Source: Nostoc punctiforme PCC 73102 (lineage in GTDB: Bacteria > Cyanobacteriota > Cyanobacteriia > Cyanobacteriales > Nostocaceae). From it: 32,000 bases of DNA. How positions within the stretch are numbered: the first letter of the stretch is position 1; the number at the start of each line of letters is the position of its first letter. Of this stretch, positions 1 to 12,000 are shown piece after piece. Under the pieces are notes generated by a model. The model was not told the DNA's origin, made no database searches, and saw only the letters and a program-made list of their open reading frames with translations. Where the stretch lies: positions 3,750,001-3,782,000 of the forward strand of contig NC_010628.1 in assembly GCF_000020025.1 (NCBI RefSeq), in the 5' to 3' direction. The position numbers and the translations under genes are program-made.

Positions 1-43
1 AACTCAATACACCGTTATTTTTTTTACCAGTCCCTTATTTTGT

Positions 44-3000
44 TTAATTAATGTCTGCCAATATATCGTCAATATCTTCTTGACTTAACCCAGCTTTGGG
101 AAAGTCTGAAGGTGTAAATCCGCCAACATTGGGTAACTGGCAATGTTGAATTAAAGTTCGTAAAGCTTCCATAAACTGTCTAGCTAAACGCTCAACTGTA
201 CTGCGTTGATGAACTTTCTCGCTATACTCCCAATTTATTTGTAGTTCGCCATTCATTACCAATCCGCTTACCTGTAATAAATAATTGCGATATTCTTGGA
301 GACTATGTTCTGTTCCTCCAGATTCTTGAGCAAATTCCCAAGTAGCGATCGCTGATGATTCTCGGTTAAACTGCCCTAAGTAGTTGAAACTCACTTCTGC
401 TTTGGGCAAATGCTCTAGTTGCTCTGCATCTTGGCTCAGATAGCGTAAGACTCCATAACCAATACCTCGCATCGGCAAGCGGCGTAATTGCTCTTTGACT
501 AATTTCAGCGCCTCGCCTGGATTTGTCTCATCTCCTAATTTTAAGTGAACAGGGAACAAAGTTGTAAACCAGCCTACAGTCCGTGACAAATCCACGTCTT
601 CAAATAGTTCTTCTCGTCCATGTCCTTCAAGGTCAACTAATAAGGAGTCAGAACCAGTCCACTGGGTAAAGCTCTGCATTAAGGCGGTTAGCAGCACATC
701 ATTAATTTGGGTGTTGTAAACAGCAGGTACTTCCTGTAACAGTGTATCCGTCTCTTCACTACTCAAAGACAATGACACATAAGCAGATGAAGCTATGGTG
801 TTGGTTTCTTTGGTTGGGGGATAATCTACTGGTAAAGGAGTAATGTTTGTGGCTGATTCAGCTAACCAGTAGTTGATTTCGCTACTGAGTGCGGCTGATT
901 GAGCATATTTAGTAAGTTGTAAAGACCAATATTGAAAGGATGTAGTCTTAGGAGGTAATTGAATCACCTCAGCGCGAATCAACTGCTGGTAGCCAGTTTG
1001 CAAATCATCCAATAAAATTCGCCAAGAAACACCATCCACCGCCAAGTGATGAATCACCAGCAACAACCGACTCGGCTGATTATCACCAAGAGTAAATAAT
1101 ACTGCTCGCATCAACGGGCCAGTGGATAAACTCAGACTCGCTTGAAATTCACTACCAGCATTCTCCAAAGCAGCTGGTTGTTCCTGTGGCGAGAGAGTGG
1201 ATAAATCAACCACACTCAAAGCCACTGTTTCTTCAAAAGCCGCGTTAAATTGTTTCCAGATAACAGCATCCAGCACAAAGCGCAAGCGTAAAGCATCATG
1301 GTGTAGAAGTAACTGCTGCAAAACCCGTCTTAAAAGTTCCACGTCAAGGTCTGATGGAACTGATAGCAGCACTGATTGGTTGTAATGATGGGGTTGGGGC
1401 TGATTTTGAGCAAAGAACCAATGTTGAATCGGCGTTAACGGCACAATTCCTGTAACTAAATCTTGTTGAGCTTGGATTTTTTTAGTTGTGCCTACCACTT
1501 TTGCTAACTGAGCAATTGTCTGATGCTCAAACAACTGCTTAGGACTCAGTTGCAATCCGGCTTGATTTGCACGAGCAATAATTTGCAGACTAAGGATAGA
1601 ATCACCACCCAATTCAAAAAAGTTATCATGAATTCCTACCTGCTGCGATCGCAGAACCTCAGCCCAAATCAGTGCTAATTTTTGTTCAATAGATGTAGTC
1701 GCCGCTACAAAACTCACTTCTAGTTCCGAGCGCGACTCTGGTATAGGTAAGGCACGACGGTCGATTTTACCGTTGGGTGTCATAGGCAAAGCTGCCAAGA
1801 ACACAAAAGCCGCAGGTATCATATAATCAGGCAGCTTTGAGGTGAGGAATTGCCGCAGTTCTGTCACTGTGGGGGTTTGCTCTTGTTTAAGTACAAGATA
1901 AGCCACTAAGCGTTTGACACCAGGGTCATCTTCCCTAGCAATAACTACTGCTTGGAATACAGCCGGATTTTCGTTGAGAACAGTTTCTATCTCTCCCAAC
2001 TCAATACGGAAACCGCGAATTTTTACTTGGTTGTCTATCCGTCCCAAATACTCAATATTTCCATCAGGTAAATATCGCGCTAAATCCCCAGTTTTATACA
2101 AGCGCTCTGATTCTAATTTTGAATTTTGTACGACCTTGGCGTTCCCGTAGGGTATTTTGAATTTTGAATTGATAAATCTCTCTTGTGTTAAATCTGGACG
2201 ATTCAGATAGCCTTGTGCTAAACCAGCACCCCCAAGATGCAACTCTCCAGGCACACCAATTGGCACTGGTTGGAGATTTTGGTCGAGGATGTAAGCTTGG
2301 GTATTAGAAATCGGACGACCAATGGATGGTGCAACAGTCGCCCCTTGGGGAATCAATGCAAAGGTCGAGTAAGTTGTATCTTCCGAAGGACCATAAAGAT
2401 TGAAAACATATTTGACAGTTTCTTGTTGATAAATCTGTTGGACGAGTTGATTTTGTAGAGGTTCACCAGCCAAGTTAACTGTACTTACCCCAGCAGGTAT
2501 GCCATTAACGCGGATTAACTCACTAATTGCAGAAGGAACTGTGTTAATTAACGTCACCTGTTCAGCAGCAGGTAAAGTAGGTAGATGTAAGGCATTCTCA
2601 GCCAAGATAACTTTCCCACCCCAGGATAAAGGCACAAATAACTCGAAAACAGATAGGTCAAAACAAATAGAGGTAGAAGCCAAAACACCAGCAAGCTGTT
2701 GTGGGGTAAATACTTCTTTAGCCCAACTTATTAAAGCAACTGGGCTTTTGTGTTCGATAGCTACGCCTTTTGGTCTGCCTGTAGAGCCAGAAGTATAGAG
2801 GACATAAGCGAGGTTTGTCGGTTGAACAAAACTTTGCAAGTTGGTTGTGGGGAATTTTGCTAATTCTTGCCAATTTTCATCTAAGCAAACTACCTGTGCT
2901 TGATGTTCTGGAAGTTTGTCAACTAGTTGTTCTTGCGTTAGTAGTACCGAAAGCTGGGAATCTCTTAATGTGTAGCCTAGACGCTCTTGGGGATAATCTG

Positions 3001-6000
3001 GGTCAAGAGCGACATAAGCCCCACCTGCTTTGAGAATCCCCAATAGTCCCACCACCATTTCTAGGGAGCGTTTGACACAAATACCTACTAAAACATCTGG
3101 TTTGACTCCCAGACTTTGCAGATAATGTGCTAATTGATTGGCACGATGATTTAACTCGGTGTAGGTGAGTTGTTGGTTTTCAAATACTATTGCTACAGCA
3201 TCGGGGGTGCGTTTTACTTGGACTGCAAACAATTCATGAATGCAGAGATTTTGCGGGTAGTCTGTTTGTGTGGTATTCCATTCAATTAATAATTGCTGCT
3301 GCTCATCTGGTGTGAGTAAGGATAATTCCCGTAGCTGCTGATTTTGGTTGGTTACAAATCCTTCGAGCAAAGTCTGGAAGTGTCCCAGCATCCTGCTAAT
3401 TGTTGCTGCTTCAAAGCGACTTGTATCGTAACTCATCTTGACAGTTAATTCTTGACCGGGAATAGCTAACACTGTCAGAGGATAATTGGTTTGTTCCATA
3501 CCGCGAACACCAGAGACTTCCAGGCTGCCATTCTGTTCTTGCACAGAAGCATCAACTGGATAGTTCTCAAACACGACAAGGCTTTCAAACAATGACATTC
3601 CTCGCGGAATTTCACTCCAGTTCTGAATTTCTACTAGCGGCGTATATGAGTATTGCTCACACTCTACCTGCTGTGCTTGCAAATCCTTGAGCCAAGGTAA
3701 CAGTTCCTCGTTTTCAGAAATAATTACTCTCACTGGCAGGGTATTAATAAACAGTCCCACCATTGACTCCACACCCACAAGGGTTGGTGGACGACCGGAA
3801 ACAGTAGCACCAAATACCACATCTGCTTCCCCACTATAACGGGAAAGCAACACTGCCCATGCTCCCTGAACGAGGTTGTTTAGTGTTAATTGATGTCGCC
3901 TAGCGAAAGATTCAAGGGCATTTGTTACTGTTTGTGGTAAATAAATTTCTTGTTCACTGTAACTTGAGTGTTGCTCCTGGCCTATTAATGATTTATCCAC
4001 CATTAGAGAAGTTGGAGCAGTAAAGCCTTGGAGCTTTTGTTGCCAGTATATTTCTGCTTGCCCTAAGTCCTGTTTCTGTAACCAGGCGATGTAGTTTCTA
4101 TAAGGTGAACTAGGTTCGTGGCGTAAATTTTTGCCTTGACAAATGGCTTCATAATAATCGAAAACTTCTTTGAGAACCAAAGGTAAAGACCAACCATCGA
4201 GTAGTAGATGATGATAACTCCAAATGAATTGATATGCAGCTGCGTCTAATTGGATGAGATTTAGGCACATTAATGGGGCGAGTGAGAGTTTAAAGCTATG
4301 CTGTTGCTCAGATTTTAGGAAGATGTCTAGTTTCTCTTGCTGTTCGCTACTAGACAATGCACGCCAGTCATCAATTTCTAGAGGTAGTTTGACTTGACGG
4401 TAGACTAATTGCAAGGGCTGGTGATGATTTTCCCAAATGAACCCAGTGCGGAAAATTGAATGTCTATTAATTACTTGCTGCCAAGCTTGCTCAAAAGCTG
4501 GTATTTCTAGGTTGCCTTTTAATATACAACTCAACTGCTGAAAATAAACTCCTGACTCCGGCTCATACACACTGTGGAAAAGCATCCCCTGTTGCATCGG
4601 TGAGAGGGGATAAATATCTTCCAGATTTCGAGCGGTAGTTTTGCTCAATTGGGTATCAAGTTGTGCTTGAGTGAGTCTGGCTAGGGGAAAATCAGAAGGG
4701 GTGTAACCGCCAACCTCTGGAGATAAACAATGAGCTATGAGCGATCGCAATACTTCGATAAACTCTTGTGCTAGGTTTTTTATAGTGGCGTATTGATGAC
4801 TATTTTTGCTATAAGTCCAATCTATTTGCAATTGACCCTGGACGATGATGCCGTTGATGTCTAGCAGATGACTCCGCAAATTATTTAAACTTTGAACTGC
4901 ACCGAGAGACTCGGTAGTTAGTTGGAAATCAGCAGATTTACTCAAAGCTTGGTCAAATTGACCCAAATAGTTGAAGCTAATTTGTGCGGGTGGATATGTC
5001 TGCAAACAAGAGCTAATTTCCGCATCTTGTTGCAGATAACGTAGTATGCCATAGCCAATTCCTTTGTCTGGAATTTGCCGCAACTGCTCTTTAATTGACT
5101 TTAAGATATTCCCTAAATCTTCATTCACGCTTAATTCTAACAATACTGGGAAAATCGTTGTAAACCAACCAACAGTGCGTGATAAATCGACATCGGTAAA
5201 AATATCCTCCCGCCCATGACCTTCTAAATCAAGCAGCAAGTTGGAGCCAGTCCATTTGCCCAAAACCTGGACTAAAGCAGTCAGCAGAACATCATTAATC
5301 TGAGTATTGTAGGCTTTTGGTACTTCTTGTAACAATGCCTGGGTTTCTTCAGTAGTCAACGACACCGTCACTGTAGTAGCATCTGCAACAATGTTAGTAC
5401 CTTGTTCATAGTCTACAGGTATGGGCAGAACTTGTTTACGGGATGGATTAAGCCAATAAGTTAGTTCATCTTTGAGTGCGTCTGATTGTGCATACTCACT
5501 CAACTTTTGCGCCCAATATTTAAACGATGTTGTCTTAGACGGTAGTTGAATCGCCTCACCACTGCTAAGTTGGTGATAAGCATTTAACAAATCTTCTAAT
5601 AAAATCCGCCAGGATACACCATCTACCGCTAAGTGATGGATAATCATGAGCAATTTGCTAGGTTGACCATTACCAAATTGAAAGAGTACGGCTTGCAGCA
5701 ATGGCCCAGCAACAAGATTTAAGCTAGCTTGAAATTCATTGCCAGCATTCTCCAAAGCTTCTTTTTGCTCCTCTGACAGCATGGTTGACAAATCAACTAT
5801 GTTCAAAGGTACTGTTTTCTCAAAAGCAGCGTTAAACTGTTGCCAGCTTTTACCCTCTCGTACAAACCGCAGACGTAAGGCATCATGGTGTAGAAGTAAT
5901 TGCTGTAAAACACCCTTTAAAAGTTCTGGTTTTACGTCAAATGGGATTGATAGTAGCACCGATTGATTATAGTGATGCGGCTCATGCAGATTTTGCTCAA

Positions 6001-9000
6001 AAGCCCAATGTTGAATCGGTGTTAGTGGTAATTCTCCAGTTACTAAACCTTGTTCTGCTTGGATTTTCTTCGTTGTGCCTGCGATTGCCATCAATTCGAC
6101 AATTGTCGGATTTTCAAACAGCTGCTTGGGATTTAGCTGCAATCCTGCTTGGTTGGCTCTAGCAATAATTTGCAGACTGAGGATGGAATCGCCACCGAGT
6201 TCAAAGAAGTTATCATAGATACCTACTTGCTTGACTCTCAAGACATCTGTCCAGATACTCGCTAGCATCTTTTCAATGGGTGTGCGGGGAGCCACAAAGC
6301 TAACTTCCAATTCTTGACGTGAATCAGGAGCAGGTAAAGCGCGTTGGTCTACTTTGCCGTTAGATGTTAGAGGTAAGGCTTCTAAGAAAACAAAAGCCGC
6401 AGGTATCATATACTCAGGCAGTGTTTCTTTGAGGAACTGTCTTAGATAACTAACTGTCAGTACATGGTCTTGTTTGAGTACAAGATAAGCAACTAAACGT
6501 TTACTTCGACTTCGCTCAGTACAAGTGTCTCCTGGAATATCTTCTCGAACAAGTACCGCTATCTGTGAGATTGATGGATGTTGGCTAAGTGTAGTCTCAA
6601 CTTCGCCTAATTCAATGCGGAAGCCCCGGATTTTTACTTGGTTGTCAATGCGTCCTAGATACTCGATATTCCCATCTGGTAAATAACAGGCTAAATCTCC
6701 AGTTTTATATAATTTTGAATTTTGTACGCCCTTGGCGTTCCCGTAGGGTATTTTGAATTTTGAATTGTTAAAGGGATTGGGGATAAATTTCTCTTGTGTT
6801 AACTCAGGACGGTTGAGGTAGCCTAATGCCAGACTATCACCACCGATGTGTAGTTCCCCAGGTACACCAATCGGCACTGGTTGCAGATATTGGTCAAGGA
6901 TATAGACTTGGGTGTTTGCGATCGCACGACCAATGGAAGGTAAAATATCTTGGTGTTCATTAGCAACCACCAGCCCAGAAGTTGTAACCACAGTATTCTC
7001 AGTCGGGCCGTAATTATTGACTAGCTGGAAGGGAATTAAAGCAGATGGATAATGATGTAATCTATCTCCACCAGTTAAAAGCATTCGCAAAGCGCAATCA
7101 TTCCATTCTAGGGTTAACAAACCTTCTGCCAACGGTGTCGGTACAAAACTAATAGTTATTTGCTGGCAAATCAACCAATCCCGTAAACCGTGAAGTGAGC
7201 TAAGGATATCAGCCTTAACTAGGTAAATACTGGCTCCTGCACTTAGATAAGGCCATAATTCCCACACGGAAGCATCAAATGCTGTTCCTGCTAGTTGGGT
7301 AGCTCGGTCTGATGCAGTAACTTCAAAGGTGCGTTGATGCCAGAAAACTAAATTTAGTAATCCCTTATGAAGAACTAGCACTCCTTTAGGCTGACCTGTA
7401 GAGCCGGAAGTGTAAATCACATAAGCCAAATTACCAGCTTGCACACCACTAATGGAATTCTCTTCACTCTTTTGAGAGATTAAGTTCCAGTCAGTATCTA
7501 AGCAAACTACCTGTGCTGAATGTTGGGGTAGCTTCTCAAATAATCGCTGTTGCGTCAGCAGCACAGATACTTGAGAATCAGACAACATATAGCTCAGACG
7601 CTCTTGGGGATAATTGGGGTCAAGAGGGACGTAAGCCCCACCAGCCTTGAGAATGCCCAAAAGTCCTAACACCATCTCTAAAGAACGTTCCACACAAATA
7701 CCAACCAGCATATCTGCGCCCACACCCAAAGTTTGCAGATAATGTGCTAATTGATTGGCTCGACTATTTAATTGTTGGTAAGTGAATTGTTGGTTTTCAA
7801 ATACTACTGCTACTGCATCGGGAGTTAGCTTTACTTGATGCTCAAATAACTCATGAAAGCACCTATCTTGGGGATAATCTTTTTGCGTATTGTTCCATTC
7901 AAACAATAATTGCCGTTGCTCATTAGCGGTAAGTAAACACAATTCAGAAAGGTGCTGCTGTGGTTTTGCGACAATTCCTTCAAGCAAAGTTTGGAAATGT
8001 CCTAGCATCCTGGTAATTGTGGTTGCCTCAAAGCGACTAGTATCATAACTAATGTTCACCGATAACTGAGAACCGGGAACTGCCGACACCGTTAACGGAT
8101 AATTCGTTTGTTCACTGCCGTGAATATCAGAAATCTCCAAAAAGGCATTTTGTTGTTGAACAGAAGCATCAATAGGATAATTCTCAAACACAACAATACT
8201 CTCAAATAGAGGCATACCTCGTGGTACATCACTCCAACCTTGAATTTCTACCAGTGGAGTATATGAATATTGCTCAGACTCCACTTGCTGCGCTTGTAAA
8301 TCTTTGAGCCAAGGCAGAAGTTGCCCAGATTCGGGAACTTCTACACGGAGTGGCAAAGTATTAATAAACAGCCCCACCATCGACTCTACTCCTATAAGAG
8401 CAGGTGGACGACCAGAGACAGTCACACCAAAAACCACATCCGCCTCTCCACTGTAACGAGACAACAGCAGCGCCCATGCTCCTTGCACAATATTATTGAG
8501 CGTTAATTGATGCTGTCTGGCAAAACCTTGAAGAGCATTTGTTGCTAACTCCGGTAAATAAATCTCCTGTTTGCTGTAGCTAGATTGCTGCTGCTTTTTC
8601 AGTGTTTTATCTACTACCAAAGGCGTTGGAGCGCTAAAGCCTTGCAGTTTTTGCTGCCAGAAAACCTTTGCTTTTGCTAAATTCTGTTTTTGTAACCAAG
8701 CAATATAATTCTTATAATCACCAGGCGGTTGATAATCTAAATTTTTACCTTGACAAATAGCTTCATAAAACTCGAAAACTTCCTTGAAAACTAAAGGTAA
8801 AGACCAGCCATCAAGAAGTAAATGATGATGACTCCAAATAAATTCATATATATCTGCATCTAATTGGATTAAATTTAGGCGCATCAATGGGGCTTGAGAT
8901 AATTGAAAACCCCGCCTTTGCTCAGATTCTAAAAAAATCTCAAGTTGCTGTTCCTGTTCAATCGCAGACAGTTCACGCCAGTCGCTAATTTCCAAAGCCA

Positions 9001-12000
9001 ATTCGACTTGCCGATATACAACTTGTAGTGGCTGGTGATGATTATCCCAAATAAACCCAGTGCGAAAAACTGAATGTTGAGCGATTACCTGCTGCCAAGC
9101 TTGCTCAAAGCTGAGTATTTCTAAGTTACCCTTCACAGTAAAGTTTAACTGCTCAAAATATGCTCTCGACTCTGACGCATATAGACTGTGAAACAACATC
9201 CCCTGTTGCATTGGTGAGAGCGGATAAATATCTTCCAGATTTTGATATTTGATTTTGCTCAATTGTGCATCAAGTTGTGTTTGAGTCAGCTTGGCTAAAG
9301 GGAAATCGCTAGGAGTATAACCCCCAGCATCAGGAGATAAACAATGAGCTATCAATGCTTGCAACGCTTGAATAAACTCATTTGCCAGGTTTTCAATTGT
9401 GGACTGTTGATGAATATTGCTGCTGTACGTCCAATCTATTTGCAGTTGACCTTCAGAGATAAATCCACCAATATCTAATAAGTGAACCCGCCGACTGTGC
9501 AAACTTTGGCTGTGTCCCACAGATTCATCATCTAATTCAAATCCAGCACTTGTATTCACAACTTGGTCGAATTGACCCAAATAGTTGAAGCTAATCTGTG
9601 CTGTTGAATATGTCTGCAAACGAGAGCTAATTTCCGCGCCTTTTTGCAGATAATGTACTAAGCCATAACCAATCCCTTTGTTAGGAATACCACGCAACTG
9701 CTCTTTAACTGACTTTAAGACATTTCCTAAATCCTTAGTAGTTCCCAATTCTAATAACACAGGAAAAATCGTTGTAAACCAACCAACAGTGCGTGATAAA
9801 TCTACATCTTCAAATAATTCTTCTCGCCCATGACCTTCCAAGTTGAACAGCAATAATTTAGAGCCAGTCCAGTTACTCAAAACCAGCGCCAAAGCAGTCA
9901 CCAGAACATCATTGATTTGAGTATTGTAAGCCTTGGGTACTTCCTGTAATAGTGCTTGGGTTTCTAGCGCATTCAATGACACTGATACCGTAGCAGCATA
10001 GAGTGCAGTATTATCACCCTGGACATAATCAACTGGTATCGGTAGCACTTGTTGACGGGATGGATTAAGCCAATAAGTCAGTTCACCTGCGAGTGCATCT
10101 GATTGGGCATACTCGCTCAACCTTTGCGCCCAATGTTTAAATGATGTCGTTTTCAGTGGTAACTGCATCGCTTCACCACGAATTAGCTGTTGATAACCTG
10201 TTTGCAAATCATCTAACAAAATCCGCCAAGAGACACCATCTACAGCTAGGTGATGTATTGTCAGTAATAATCGGTTAGCTTGGTTGCCCAAATCAAATAA
10301 TGCCGCTCGGATTATCGGCCCAGTGCATAGGTTGAGTTGGGCTTGGAGTTTGCCGCCAACATCCTCTAGGGCGGCTAATTGCTCTTGTGGTGACATTGTG
10401 GATAAATCTACCACACTCAACGGCACTGTTGACTCAAAATCTGCGTTTACTTGGTGCCAGCCTTCTTTCTCTGGCGTAAACCGCAAGCGCAGTGCATCAT
10501 GGTGTAGTAGTAATTGCTGTAAAACCCGCTTTAAGAGTTCTGGTTTTAGGTCTGATGGTACTGAGAGCAGGACTGATTGATTATAGTGATGGGGTTCGGG
10601 CTGATTTTGCTCAAAAAACCAGTGTTGAATCGGTGTTAGGGGTACAAGTCCTGTGACTAAACCTTGTTGTGCTTGGATTTTTCTGGTTGTACCTGCCACT
10701 GCTGCTAACAGAGCAATTGTCTGATGTTCAAACAACTGCTTGGGACTTAAATGAACTCCGGCGAGATTGGCTCTGGCAATAATTTGTAGACTGAGGATAG
10801 AATCGCCACCGAGTTCAAAGAAGTTATCATGAATCCCTATTTGTTCTACTCCTAGCACCTCTGCCCAAATTTTACTAAGCATCTGTTCTATCGGTGTTCG
10901 GGGAGCTACAAACCTGTTTTCCAGTTCCCGCCCTGATTCTGGTGCTTTTAAGCCACTGCGGTCTACTTTGCCGTTAGATGTCAGTGGTAAGACATCCAAA
11001 AACACAAAGGCTGCCGGAATCATGTACTGGGGTAGCTTTGAACCCAGGAATTGCCGCAGCTCATTGACGCTGATAGCAAGCTGTTGATTGAGTACCAAGT
11101 AAGCAACTAAGCGTTTATCACCAGGGTTATCAACTCTAGCTAGAACTACAGTTGCTTGAACATCGGGATGTTGACTAATTGCGGCTTCAATTTCTCCCAA
11201 TTCGATGCGGAAACCGCGAATTTTCACCTGGTTGTCGATGCGTCCGAGATATTCTAAGTCACCATTGCCAAGATATCTGGCTAAATCCCCAGTTTTGTAC
11301 AATCGGGCATTTGGGTCATCATTAAAGGGGTGGGCAACAAATACTTTCGATGTCAACTCTTCTCGATTGAGATAACCACGGGCTAACCCTGCACCCCCCA
11401 CGTACATTTCCCCAGGAACGCCCATCGGCAGTAATTGCCTATTTTGATCTAAGATATATACCTGTAAATCTGGGATAGGACAACCAATCACACTGCCAGC
11501 ATTGCTGCTCAAATCTGCGATGGTGATGGGACGATAAGTTACATGAACGGTGGTTTCGGTAATTCCATACATATTCACCAACTGCGGCAATTTGTCTCCG
11601 TGGCGCTCAAACCACGGTTTTAAGCTTTGAAGTTCTAATGCTTCGCCGCCAAAGATTACCCATCGCAGAGCTAAACTTTCTGATGTCTTTATAAGTTCCT
11701 CAGTTTGTATCAACTGCCCGAAGGCTGAAGGTGTTTGATTTAAGACTGTTACTTGTTGTTTGCAAAGTAATTGATAGAAGTCAGCCGGAGAACGACTTAT
11801 CCAGTAGGGTACAATTACTAATCGCCCACCTTTGATTAATGCTCCCCAAATTTCCCACACTGAAAAGTCAAAGGCGAAGGAGTGGAACAGCGTCCATATA
11901 TCGTCTTGATTGAAGTGAAACCATTCTTCTGTAGCAGTAAATAGCCGCACAATATTGGCGTGATTAATTAAGACACCTTTGGGTTTACCTGTAGAGCCAG

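Larger units (their letters stand above)
6332..7861 (-). other. Domain: adenylation A (ORF1 aa ~2011-2520), predicted Leu (code DAWFLGNVVK)
   Basis: FDASVWE, ITISFVPTP, LLTGGD, NNYGPTENTVV, SNGKVDQ (Lys2513 at 6353-6355). It carries two in-frame micro-insertions (6711-6767 and 6503-6526). Confidence 0.85.
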
